From Cyanobacteria bacterium HKST-UBA04 (GTDB taxonomy: Bacteria > Cyanobacteriota > Vampirovibrionia > Vampirovibrionales > JAGQHJ01), in NCBI GenBank assembly GCA_020431915.1, contig JAGQHJ010000005.1, positions 1,087 to 65,086 of the forward strand: a stretch of DNA of 64,000 nucleotides. Reading direction: 5' to 3'. The position numbers and the translations under genes are program-made. Below, piece after piece: positions 28,692 to 37,662 of the stretch (position 1 is its first letter; the number at the start of each line of letters is the position of its first letter). Under the pieces are notes generated by a model, which saw nothing but the letters and a program-made list of their open reading frames with translations, searched no databases and was not told the origin of the DNA.

Positions 28692-29900
28692 TTACCCTTC
28701 CAGAACCGTTTTCAGCCGTTCAAAGGCGAAGTCCAGTTCGTCATCGTTGACCACCAACGGCGGGGCAAAGCGGATGACGTGGTCGTGGGTTTCCTTGCAC
28801 AACAGGCCGCCGGCCCATAGTTTTTCGCAAAATGGCCGGGCCTTGGTGTTCAGTTCAATGCCAATCATTAGCCCCTTGCCGCGAACCGATTTAATGTGGG
28901 GGCTGTTAAGGGCACGCAGCCGTTGAAGGAAAGCGGTGCCTTTTTCCATGGAGCGTTCCACCAGTTGCTCTTCCTTCAGCACGGCCAGGGCGGCACGGGC
29001 CACGGCACACCCCAAGGGGTTGCCGCCAAAGGTGGAGCCATGGTCGCCGGGGTTGAACACGCCCAAGACGTCCTTGCGCGACAGGACGGCCGAGACCGGG
29101 TAGTACCCGCCGCTCAGGGCCTTGCCGATAATGATGACATCCGGTTTCACGTCTTCGTAGTCCACGGCAAACAATTTCCCGGTCCGGCCCAGGCCGGTCT
29201 GGATCTCGTCGTCGACAAACAAAACGTTCTGGGCCTTGCACAGTTCGGCGGCTTGCTTGAGGAAGCCGTCGGGGGGAATGTTGATACCCGCTTCGCCCTG
29301 GATGGGCTCGACGAGGAAGGCACAGGTGTTGGGGGTGATGGCAGCCTTCAGGGCCTCGATGTCGCCGTAGGGAATCATCACGAAGCCGGGGGTGAAAGGG
29401 CCAAAACCATCCTTGTATTGCGGTTCGCTGCTCATGCTGATGATGGTCGTCGTCCGGCCATGGAAGTTGTCTTGGCAGACGATAATCTCGGCCTGGTTCT
29501 CGGCAATGCCTTTGACGGTATAGCCCCATTTTCGGGCCGCCTTGATGGCGGTTTCCACGGCCTCGGCCCCGGTGTTCATGGGCAGCACCATGTCAAACCC
29601 CGTCAAGTCCACCAGGTCTTTGTACAGTAGGGGCAGTTGGTCATTGCGGAAGGCGCGCGAGGTCAGCGTTACCTTGGCGGCCTGGTCCTGCAGGGCGGCC
29701 AGAATCTTGGGATGGCAATGGCCCTGGTTGACGGCCGAGTAGGCACTCAAGCCATCGAGAAAACGGTTGCCGTTTACGTCGGTGACCCAGCAGCCTTTGG
29801 CTTCCTTAATAACGATGTCGAGGGGGTGATAGTTGTGGGCACCTAGTTTTTCTTCCAGATCAATATATGCCTGGGCATTCGGCAGGGTGGTGGTGTTCAT
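28692..29900 (-). CDS. rocD: ornithine--oxo-acid (delta) aminotransferase
   Basis: [47 protein letters not shown] is the OAT signature of the class-III aminotransferase family. The ATG at 29900 gives [18 protein letters not shown]. Confidence 0.85.
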   Translation of the reverse strand: MNTTTLPNAQAYIDLEEKLGAHNYHPLDIVIKEAKGCWVTDVNGNRFLDGLSAYSAVNQGHCHPKILAALQDQAAKVTLTSRAFRNDQLPLLYKDLVDLTGFDMVLPMNTGAEAVETAIKAARKWGYTVKGIAENQAEIIVCQDNFHGRTTTIISMSSEPQYKDGFGPFTPGFVMIPYGDIEALKAAITPNTCAFLVEPIQGEAGINIPPDGFLKQAAELCKAQNVLFVDDEIQTGLGRTGKLFAVDYEDVKPDVIIIGKALSGGYYPVSAVLSRKDVLGVFNPGDHGSTFGGNPLGCAVARAALAVLKEEQLVERSMEKGTAFLQRLRALNSPHIKSVRGKGLMIGIELNTKARPFCEKLWAGGLLCKETHDHVIRFAPPLVVNDDELDFAFERLKTVLEG

Positions 29901-29973
29901 CAATGAAGGGCTCCAAGAAAACGCTTTTTGGCAAAAAGCGTCAACATCCGCTAACAAAAAAACTGGATCCAGT

Positions 29974-30819
29974 TTACCCCAACTTCGAGGCGATTTGCGT
30001 GGCTTCTTCCACGGCCCGAGCCAGGACGGATCGAATTTTGCCGTCTTCCATCGTCAGTAATCCGGCAATGGTGCAACCGGCCGGCGTGGTCACGTCATCG
30101 CGCAAGGCGGCTGGGTGCCGCGAGCTTTGCTTAACCATCATGGCTGCCCCCAGTGCGGTTTGTGCCACCAGCGTCAGCGCCACGTCTCGGGGCAATCCCA
30201 CGTTTACGCCACCATCGGCCATAGCTTCCATCATCAGGTAAAAATAGGCGGGTCCGGCCCCACTTAGGCCGGTTACGGCGTCCAGGTGCTGTTCATCAAG
30301 CGAGATGCACAACCCCACGGCGTTAAAAATGGCCTTGGCCATGGCGACATGCGTGTCGGTGGCTTCGGCTGACGGGCTGACGACGGACATGCCCTGGCCA
30401 ATCAGGCTGGGGGTATTGGTCATCACGCGCAATACCGGGTTGTTGTAGTCGCTGCCGAGGGCATCCTGTATTTTTTTGATGGATACGCCGGCGGCGATCG
30501 ATATAATGACCGTGTCTGGTTTCAGGCCACCGGCTTTAAGCTGCCCAATGACCGTTTCGACGGTGTTTGGTTTGACGCACAGCAGCAGCAGGGTTGTGTC
30601 GGCTATGTAGTCGCCCACGTTGGTGGTGGTGCGAATACCGGTGGCCTCGGCCACCCGTTCCTGCGATCGGCTGCTTTTGACGGCCGTCCATAATTGGGTG
30701 TCGTCGAGCAGGCCCGCTTGCCGAATGCCGTTGATTAGCGCGCAGCCCATAACCCCGGCGCCGATAACGCCAAGGGATTGCTGGTCCCAGCGGGGGGCTT
30801 GTACCTTATGGGCACACAC
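29974..30819 (-). CDS. proC: pyrroline-5-carboxylate reductase
   Basis: [17 protein letters not shown] Rossmann N-terminus, [15 protein letters not shown], and C-terminal [21 protein letters not shown] start at 30819. Confidence 0.88.
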   Translation of the reverse strand: MCAHKVQAPRWDQQSLGVIGAGVMGCALINGIRQAGLLDDTQLWTAVKSSRSQERVAEATGIRTTTNVGDYIADTTLLLLCVKPNTVETVIGQLKAGGLKPDTVIISIAAGVSIKKIQDALGSDYNNPVLRVMTNTPSLIGQGMSVVSPSAEATDTHVAMAKAIFNAVGLCISLDEQHLDAVTGLSGAGPAYFYLMMEAMADGGVNVGLPRDVALTLVAQTALGAAMMVKQSSRHPAALRDDVTTPAGCTIAGLLTMEDGKIRSVLARAVEEATQIASKLG

Positions 30820-31121
30820 GGTTAAACAAGGCTTCCACGGTTAACGGTTAACGGATCGACACGGGGCGGCCACCGACACATTGCAGCGGTGAACCGCCAG
30901 ACTATTGTACGTGAAACCGATGGTCCCCGAACCGATTTACGGGGGACTGTCGGCAAGAACCGGCTAAATGATGTACAAATTGGTATACAGATCACAGCGT
31001 AAATTAAAATCAAGCGAATCGGCTTATCAGGGCGCGTGTCGCCCCGGTCATTGCTTGTGGCATGGGGCCTGTGCTATCCATAGAGGGCGGTGCGCGCGCG
31101 TATCCTTGTAGACGGGTTACC

Positions 31122-31137
31122 TGTGTGTGTGTGTGTG
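31122..31137. repeat. (TG)8 microsatellite
   Basis: ctgtgtgtgtgtgtgtgtggg, read directly, about 50 bp upstream of the ATG at 31189. An alternating GC tract at 31090-31103 lies nearby. Confidence 0.9.
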
Positions 31138-31188
31138 GGTATGTGCGTGCCGACTGGTTAGTAAAGCGAAGCGAAGGACACGTGGTTC

Positions 31189-32070
31189 ATGAGCCCGGCT
31201 GCAACCCAATCCACCCCGACCCTGGCCATCAATACGGCCCAGTTGGTGGCGCTCTCCGTGTTGGGTGAAATTGCGCCTCCTACCGTCAGCCAGCATTACC
31301 GGGTGGAACCGACGGGCGGCTCGCCCATTTTGCTGCCCAGTGTGGGCGGAATCAGCTACAATGCTGGGCTGGGTGATCCGTGTGTGGGGATTGCAGCCGA
31401 TCACGTAGAGCCGGGGGTGTCGATTCGCCATCCCAACGACAAGGCCAACCGGGCGCTGAACAGCTTTGCCTGTATCGGTAACACGGCCACGGTGGTTTCG
31501 GGTGAAGCCAAAGGCGCCACGGGGACGGTTATCGGCACCCATGGCGGGGTGGATCATGTGATGGTGCAGATGGCTGAGGACGTGCTGGCGCAGTTGGTCA
31601 TCGGGGATCGCTTTCAAATCAAGGCTTACGGCCAGGGCTTGCAACTGGCCAACCAGCCCGACATTACGGTGATGAACATGGATCCTGGGCTGCTGGCCCG
31701 GTTGTGCCATGCCGATGGGGAACGGTTGAGCTGTCCGGTGACCCACCATATTCCTGCCCACCTGTTGGGGGCCGGACTGGGCGAAGAAACCTGCTACAGT
31801 GGCGATGTGGATATTCAGCTTTTTGACGAGGAAAGCGTGGCCGTTTACGAGCTCGATACCCTTCGGTTTGGCGACGTGGTGGCTATGATCAATTGCGATC
31901 ACCGCTATGGCCGCATTTACCGAAAAGGATGGGTGAGCATTGGCGTGGTTTGCCATAGCTGTTGTGTTCAGGCGGGTCATGGGCCGGGGGTAACCACCAT
32001 TTTAACGGGGCCCCAAAGCCACCTGATTACCGAATCCAACCGAGAGGCCAACCTTAAGGCGTATATCTAA
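31189..32070 (+). CDS. conserved hypothetical protein (possibly DUF4438-like)
   Basis: 293 aa with globular composition. My recollection of the DUF4438 length (~280-300 aa) and the GDHVEPGVS-type motif is only tentative. Confidence 0.6.
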   Translation: MSPAATQSTPTLAINTAQLVALSVLGEIAPPTVSQHYRVEPTGGSPILLPSVGGISYNAGLGDPCVGIAADHVEPGVSIRHPNDKANRALNSFACIGNTATVVSGEAKGATGTVIGTHGGVDHVMVQMAEDVLAQLVIGDRFQIKAYGQGLQLANQPDITVMNMDPGLLARLCHADGERLSCPVTHHIPAHLLGAGLGEETCYSGDVDIQLFDEESVAVYELDTLRFGDVVAMINCDHRYGRIYRKGWVSIGVVCHSCCVQAGHGPGVTTILTGPQSHLITESNREANLKAYI

Positions 32071-32544
32071 TACGATGCCTTTTGGATCATACTAACCAAG
32101 CGTAGGTGCAAAATGGCTGTATTACTACGATAGAGAGATTTATACGGCCTACTACGTCTTAAACCTTGGTATTGACAAGGTTTTTGCCTAAGTGTACAAA
32201 CTACCCCTTACTTAACAATGCGTTAAAAAGACGTGGTGCGGGTTTTACCGCTTCCGAAAAATTTGGTACACTTATTCTGTTCCCAAGAAACGGTTCCCAC
32301 AGAGTCAACCGAGTGGTTCCCCCATAAGTTTAGGCCTCTGCCGGGATGTGGATTGTAGATGAGAGGCTTGGTTCAGCCCACCGAACCAGGCGCGACGTGA
32401 TGTTATTTTAGTTTGGGCGTGAATCACACGCTGTTGGTTCAGGAAATCGTTTTTTGGGCGGGATGTGAGGTTTTCTTTCATTCTGACTAAACAGATGTTA
32501 CTGGAGAGGGGAACTTAAGTAAAAGACGCATTGAAAGCGAAACG

Positions 32545-32571
32545 GGGTCATGTACACGACCCTTTTTTTTT
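32545..32571 (+). terminator. putative intrinsic terminator (short GC stem + T9)
   Basis: GGGTC atgtacac GACCC followed by TTTTTTTTT. It lies in an ORF-free AT-rich region 475 nt past the nearest upstream + strand stop. Confidence 0.5.
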
Positions 32572-32621
32572 GCCAATTTTTTGAACCGTATTCGGGGTGT
32601 TTCAGAGTCCATGTCATCCCC

Positions 32622-32686
32622 ATCGGGCATTACCACAGCAGGCACCAGCCGCCGGTGATGCCCGATTACACAATGACGTGTATAAT
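32622..32686 (+). promoter_or_regulatory. 13-bp-arm inverted repeat plus TATAAT box upstream of the XRE gene (putative operator/promoter)
   Basis: ATCGGGCATTACC (32622-32634) and GGTGATGCCCGAT (32654-32666) are complementary apart from one G:T position. gTGTATAAT lies at 32678-32686, about 150 nt upstream of the GTG at 32839. Confidence 0.35.
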
Positions 32687-32838
32687 GAACAAATAGATAG
32701 AGTAGTTTGTTCGCAACGCATGCCCCGTGCGGGTTTCGGCAAGGCCCGTGTGTGTGGGGCCGGGCGCCGTACGGTGGGCGCTTGTAGGATGCGGCCCGAC
32801 GTAAGGTAACCACTTGGTAAGGACTCGGTGCGGTTGTC

Positions 32839-33054
32839 GTGAAGATTAAAATCAAGGAAGCGGCAAAGGATAAAAAAGACTGGAGCCTGTACCGGTTGGC
32901 CAAGGAGCTTGGGTTGCCCCAGCAGACGGTGTATTCGTGGGCCAGCGGGCGTACGCAGCCGTCGTATGAGAACATGGACAGGCTGTGCGACGTGCTGGAC
33001 TGTGCCGTCGGCGACCTGTTTGAAGCGGAACCGGTTCAGCAGCGCTTATTTTAA
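32839..33054 (+). CDS. XRE-family (Cro/C1-type) helix-turn-helix transcriptional regulator
   Basis: 71 aa: WSLYRLAKELGLPQQTVYSWASGRTQPSYENMDRLCDVLDCAVGDLF is a textbook HTH_3 pattern. GTG start. Confidence 0.8.
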   Translation: MKIKIKEAAKDKKDWSLYRLAKELGLPQQTVYSWASGRTQPSYENMDRLCDVLDCAVGDLFEAEPVQQRLF

Positions 33055-33310
33055 GCGCGTTGGGTTGAACCGCTATTGATAGGCACAGCAGCGCTTATTT
33101 TAAGCGCGTTCGGTTGAACCGCTATTGATAGGCACAGCAGCGCTTATTTTAAGCGCGTTGGGCTGAACCGCTATTGATAGGCACAGCAGCGCTTATTTTA
33201 AGCGTGTTGGGCTGAACCGTTATTGGTAGGCACAGCAGCGCTTATTTTAAGCGCGTTGGGTTGAACCGCTATTGATGATAGGTACTGCACAGCGCTGGTT
33301 TGAAGCGTTT
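33037..33310. repeat. tandem array of a 49-bp unit (5 full copies + 1 degenerate), each with a GCGCTTA-TTT-TAAGCGC palindrome
   Basis: Units start at 33037, 33086, 33135, 33184 and 33233, an exact 49-bp period. Copies 1-4 differ from the consensus by 0-4 substitutions. Copy 5 carries a small insertion. A degenerate sixth unit follows. Confidence 0.95.
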
Positions 33311-33320
33311 AGACGTTCTC

Positions 33321-34223
33321 TCACACGTCCATGTCGCTGAGCAACTGGGCAAACAACGCAGCCAGGGTCGGGTCGAGGTCCATGTTGCCCAGGGCTGGTG
33401 CCAGGTTAATGGGGTTGTTGGGGGCCGGCTGGGGCGGCACCAGAAAATCGTAGGGCATCCCCGAGGCCGGGCCCATCAGGGCCGTCATTAGCTGGCCAAA
33501 CTGGAAGTCCATCCACATGGCGTACTGGTAGAAATCGGCCATCATCATCCCAAGTTGCTGTTCGTAGCCGTAGGCCGTCTCCATGGCCCCGGCCATGTAG
33601 GCTTCGTCCAGGGCATTCTGAATCATTTGCTGCTGGACAAACTGGCTGTTGCCGCCCTGCAGGGCCAGCAGATCCATGTAGTTGATGGGTTGCGACCCGC
33701 CGCCGCCATAGCCTTGGCCAAACATGGGGTTGTAAAAATTAGCCAGTTCCACAAGCATAACTGGTTGCTGGCCCCAGGGCATAAAGCCGTAGGGAACCAT
33801 CCCCTGGGGGTACGGGCTGGGGTAGGCGACCGGCTGGGCATAAGGCGGGGCAAATCCGCCGCCATAGCCTTGCTGCTGTCCATAGGGATTGTAGCCCTGC
33901 TGCTGTCCGTAGGGGTCGTAATAACCTGGTGGCGGCGCGCCGTAGCCTGGCATCGGCATCGGCGCGTACGGTTGCTGGCCCCAGGGCTGGTAGTACATCG
34001 GGACATACACCGGGTAGGGTTGCCCATAGGGAGGCGGTGGGTAACCGCCTTGCGGGTAGGTCCAATAGGGCGGTTGCTGCTGTTGTTGTACAGGGGCTGG
34101 GGCCGCTGCCACGATGCCACGCGAGGGGTCGGCAGCCAGCGAGGACTTGGTGGCTCGCAGGTGCATCATGGCCTGGCTGGTGGCGTTTCGGGTTTGGGAT
34201 AAAATGCCGTCTAAACCTGACAT
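33321..34223 (-). CDS. hypothetical protein with long Gln/Pro/Tyr/Gly-rich (prion-like) low-complexity region
   Basis: 300-aa ORF. Residues ~45-150 read QQQQQPPYWTYPQGGYPPPPYGQPYPVYVPMYYQPWGQQPYAPMPMPGYGAPPPGYYDPYGQQQGYNPYGQQQGYGGG. The C-terminal third is Met/Gln/aromatic-rich and looks more ordered. Confidence 0.6.
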   Translation of the reverse strand: MSGLDGILSQTRNATSQAMMHLRATKSSLAADPSRGIVAAAPAPVQQQQQPPYWTYPQGGYPPPPYGQPYPVYVPMYYQPWGQQPYAPMPMPGYGAPPPGYYDPYGQQQGYNPYGQQQGYGGGFAPPYAQPVAYPSPYPQGMVPYGFMPWGQQPVMLVELANFYNPMFGQGYGGGGSQPINYMDLLALQGGNSQFVQQQMIQNALDEAYMAGAMETAYGYEQQLGMMMADFYQYAMWMDFQFGQLMTALMGPASGMPYDFLVPPQPAPNNPINLAPALGNMDLDPTLAALFAQLLSDMDV

Positions 34224-34398
34224 TGTGCGTCGTTTGCTCCTTGCAACAAGGGGGGCGATCCGTATAAGGCGGGGCGATTTTCGGGGTAAGCTGCCTTCTC
34301 TCCTTAAAGGCGGTATCGGCGGATGCCAGGCAATATTTAGGGTCTTAAACCCGGGTTTACAAAATCGTAACCATTGGGATTTTCAATCGGCCTTGGCT

Positions 34399-35334
34399 AT
34401 GATGAAGGGGTTGTGTCGAGCCGACGAGGTGTTTCGGTTGGCCGCCCTGCCTCCTGCTCCCCTTATTTTGGGGGATTATCGTGTCACCATACTGCCCGTG
34501 GGGCATTTTGCCCTGGACGGCGGGGCGATGTTTGGCGTGGTGCCCAAAACCTTGTGGAGCAAACGGGTAGCGGCCGATGAGCAGAACCGCATTCGGCTGG
34601 CCCAGAATTGCCTGCTTATTGAGTACGGCGACCAGAAGCTGCTGCTCGACAGCGGGGTGGGGGGCAAGTTTGATGAAAAATACACGGCCCTTTATGCCGT
34701 CGAGCCGTCGGGCGGGATTGTCGAGGCCCTGAAGCGGGTAAACCTGACCCCCGAGGCTATCGACACGGTGATGCTGACCCACCTGCATTTTGACCACAGT
34801 GGTGGTTTGAGTGCTGTGGATGCGTCGGGTGTGGTGGTGCCCACCTTTGAGCGGGCCCGGCATTTGATTCACCAGGGCGAGTGGGCCCATGCCCATGCAC
34901 CCAATTTAAGGGACAAGGCCAGCTACCTGCCCCAAAACCTCGATCCGTTGCGGGACTTGCCCGGCCTGGAGTTGTTGTCGGGTGACAAGAACGAGGTGTT
35001 GCCGGGGCTTTGGTTGATCAGGACCGGCGGTCATACCAGCGATCATCAGATTCTGGTGCTGGATACCCCCCAGGGCGGGTTGATTTACTGGGCCGATATT
35101 ATTCCCACCCGGCACCATTTGGGGGTGCCCTGGGTGATGGGTTATGACCTCTACCCGGTCGAGACGATGGCTGTGAAGGTTCACTGGCTAAAGGAAGCCC
35201 ATGACAAGGGGTGGTTCAACGTTTTCGAACATGACCCGGATCGGGCCATGGCCAAGCTTAGGCTGAATGAAGCACGACAAACCTACGAATGGGTCGAGCA
35301 AACGGGCGAACTGGCCGAAACAATTGAGGCATGA
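34399..35334 (+). CDS. MBL-fold metallo-hydrolase
   Basis: THLHFDHSGG (HxHxDH) motif and beta-lactamase-fold pattern. The ATG at 34399 within ORF 34114..35334 gives ~311 aa. Confidence 0.8.
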   Translation: MMKGLCRADEVFRLAALPPAPLILGDYRVTILPVGHFALDGGAMFGVVPKTLWSKRVAADEQNRIRLAQNCLLIEYGDQKLLLDSGVGGKFDEKYTALYAVEPSGGIVEALKRVNLTPEAIDTVMLTHLHFDHSGGLSAVDASGVVVPTFERARHLIHQGEWAHAHAPNLRDKASYLPQNLDPLRDLPGLELLSGDKNEVLPGLWLIRTGGHTSDHQILVLDTPQGGLIYWADIIPTRHHLGVPWVMGYDLYPVETMAVKVHWLKEAHDKGWFNVFEHDPDRAMAKLRLNEARQTYEWVEQTGELAETIEA

Positions 35335-35357
35335 CCCGTTTAGGCGTGGGGGATAGC

Positions 35358-35678
35358 TTAGTGTTTGGCCTTGTGCTTGGCCTTCTTTTTCTTTTTGGGC
35401 AAGGTGGCAACGAGTATTGGCGAAACGGCTATTTTTTTGGAACCGGGTAAGGCGCCACCCACCATCACGAAGCCATCGCCGTTTTGCGTGCCTCGGTGGG
35501 CCGGCGGGGCGTGCATGGTGCTTCGTCGGTGCCGAGGGGTGGTATTAACCCGTTTTTTTAGGCCAAAGGTAGGGGTGGGCAGGGTGAGTGACGACAGACG
35601 CATAGGCGGGGGGCGACTCCTTCGTTCCATATTCCTAGTTGCTACACTGGTCTTATCATAAGGGGGCAGCCCTCGCAA
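35358..35678 (-). CDS. possible small basic protein (Lys-rich C-terminus)
   Basis: The ORF ends ...GFVMVGGALPGSKKIAVSPILVATLPKKKKKAKHKAKH. Codon-position GC supports coding over 35461-35520 but not over 35401-35460. The start is ambiguous, with in-frame ATGs at 35678, 35630, 35603 and 35516. Confidence 0.3.
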   Translation of the reverse strand: MRGLPPYDKTSVATRNMERRSRPPPMRLSSLTLPTPTFGLKKRVNTTPRHRRSTMHAPPAHRGTQNGDGFVMVGGALPGSKKIAVSPILVATLPKKKKKAKHKAKH

Positions 35679-35778
35679 GCGCGGTTGTTGTCTGTGTTGG
35701 GCGCTTGTCAGATAATGGAGGCTGCCCTATGACGCCGATGAAGCGTTGCGTTAGATTTAGATGGATGCTCCTAGACCC

Positions 35779-37662
35779 ATGCGGATGTCCCAATTGTTTG
35801 CGCCAACCTTGCGCGAAAACCCCCACGAGGCTGAGGTGGTCAGCCACCAGTTATTGACCCGAGCCGGCTATATTCGCCAGATTGCCCGTGGCATTTACAA
35901 CTACCTGCCCCTGATGCAGCGGGTGATGAAGAAGGTCGAGGCCATCGTACGCGAGGAAATGGATCGTGCAGGGGCCCAGGAACTGCTGATGCCCATTATG
36001 CAACCGGCCGACCTGTGGATTGAAAGTGGTCGTTGGGCGGTTTACGGCAAGGAGCTGATCCGCTTCAAGGATCGGCACGATCGCGATTGCGTGCTGGGAC
36101 CCACCCACGAAGAGGTGATTACCTCGACGGCCAACAACGGCATTCACTCCTACAAGCAGTTGCCGGTTAACCTCTACCAGATTCAGAACAAGTACCGCGA
36201 CGAGGTTCGTCCCCGTTTTGGCCTGCTTCGGGGTCGCGAGTTCATTATGAAGGACGCCTACAGCTTCCATACCAGCCAGGCTGATTTGGAGCGCGAATAT
36301 GACGTGATGGCCGAGGCGTACCGGCGTATCTTTTTGCGTTGTGGCCTGGACACGCGCATGGTGCAAAGTGACAGTGGTGCCATTGGCGGGGCCGTTAGCC
36401 ACGAATTTATGGTGCTGACCCAAACCCACAGCGGCGAAGATGACGTGTACTATTGCGATAGTTGCGGATATGCCGCCAACGGCGAGCGGGCCGAAAGCAT
36501 TTTGCCTGATGCCACCGTGGATGGCCAAGCGATTTTTGGCACCACCGAGCAGGTGGTGGACACCCCCGACTGCGATGATATCGAGTCACTGACCAAGTGC
36601 CTGAAGATGCCGGCCAGTCTGATTTGCAAGGCCTTGCTGTACATCAAGGACGAAACGATGCCCTTCCTTGTGTTTATTCGCGGCGACCTGGAAGCCGAGG
36701 AGATCAAGGTTCAGAACGCCGTGGCCGCCAACCACATTCGCCTGGCCGATGCCGACGAGGTGGCCGAGTTTGCCCACAGTGCCAAAGGCTATGTTGGGGT
36801 GGCTGGCTGGCGTATGTGCAACGAGGAGCTGCCGGGCTTCGAGGGCCGGGTTAGCCTGGTGTACCGGGCCGAGCATCTGAAGGAGTATCATCTGCAGCTG
36901 CCGGTGCTGCTGGATTCGAGCGTGTTGAACCTGAAAAACTTTGCCATGGCCAACAACGAAATCGGCAAGCACGTGGTGGGCTACAATTGGCCGCATGATC
37001 GTGCCAGCCAGGAACTGCTGGAAACCAACACCTTTGATCTTAAGCGGGCACGGGCCGGCGACCAATGCCCGACATGCCTGGCAGAACTGAACATGACGCG
37101 CGGCATTGAGGTGGGTAACATTTTCCAGCTCGGCACCAAGTATTCTGAGGCTATGAGCGCCACCTACACCGACGAGGATGGTACGGAAAAACACTTTGTG
37201 ATGGGCTGTTACGGCATTGGTATTTCCCGTACGGCCGCTGCGGCCGTGGAACGTTACCACGACCAGGACGGTATTGCCTGGCCCATTCCCATTGCCCCTT
37301 ATGTGGTTAGCGTGGTACCGGTTAATGCCGATGACCAGACCCAATGGACGTTGGCCAAGCAGTTGTACGACGATCTGCAGGCGGCCGGCGTCGAGGCGGT
37401 GATTGACGACCGTGACGAGCGGGCCGGTGTGAAGTTTAAGGACAGTGAGCTGATGGGTTTCCCCATCCGCGTGACGGTCGGCAAAAAGGCCGCCGACGGC
37501 GTCCTTGAGGTCAAGCTGCGCGAAGGCGGCGACGTCAAGGAGTTGCCTGCTGCCGAGGTGCTGCCCTACATTCGTTCGCTGGTTGAAGAGGCCACGGATT
37601 TTGCCAAGCTCGAGGCGCGGTTCAAGGCAGGTCAGCCAGCCGCAGCGGGGGCCGCTTCGTAA
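35779..37662 (+). CDS. proS: proline--tRNA ligase (bacterial type with INS editing domain)
   Basis: MRMSQLFAPTLRENPHEAEVVSHQLLTRAGYIRQ start, class-II motifs, and YCDSCGYAANGERAE. The ATG at 35779 is preferred over 35761. Confidence 0.93.
   Translation: MRMSQLFAPTLRENPHEAEVVSHQLLTRAGYIRQIARGIYNYLPLMQRVMKKVEAIVREEMDRAGAQELLMPIMQPADLWIESGRWAVYGKELIRFKDRHDRDCVLGPTHEEVITSTANNGIHSYKQLPVNLYQIQNKYRDEVRPRFGLLRGREFIMKDAYSFHTSQADLEREYDVMAEAYRRIFLRCGLDTRMVQSDSGAIGGAVSHEFMVLTQTHSGEDDVYYCDSCGYAANGERAESILPDATVDGQAIFGTTEQVVDTPDCDDIESLTKCLKMPASLICKALLYIKDETMPFLVFIRGDLEAEEIKVQNAVAANHIRLADADEVAEFAHSAKGYVGVAGWRMCNEELPGFEGRVSLVYRAEHLKEYHLQLPVLLDSSVLNLKNFAMANNEIGKHVVGYNWPHDRASQELLETNTFDLKRARAGDQCPTCLAELNMTRGIEVGNIFQLGTKYSEAMSATYTDEDGTEKHFVMGCYGIGISRTAAAAVERYHDQDGIAWPIPIAPYVVSVVPVNADDQTQWTLAKQLYDDLQAAGVEAVIDDRDERAGVKFKDSELMGFPIRVTVGKKAADGVLEVKLREGGDVKELPAAEVLPYIRSLVEEATDFAKLEARFKAGQPAAAGAAS

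Noticed and set aside
32071-32838. Known structured RNAs (tmRNA, RNase P RNA, SRP/4.5S RNA) in this island, and likewise in 39460-40464 and 42001-42775
   Set aside because: I looked on both strands for GGAAAGTCC-type RNase P motifs, a tRNA-like GGTTCGAATCC...CCA tmRNA end with a tag reading frame, and the SRP GGAAGCAGCC motif. I found none of them. A covariance-model scan is still needed.
32487-32975. 162-aa minus-strand ORF in the AT-rich island
   Set aside because: It runs through the T9 terminator and the inverted repeat and overlaps the start of the XRE gene. Its composition looks like nonsense (Cys/His/Arg-rich, no periodicity by eye).
33037-33310. CRISPR array
   Set aside because: The 49-bp units are directly contiguous with no unique spacers, and no cas genes are nearby. 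This is a plain tandem repeat.
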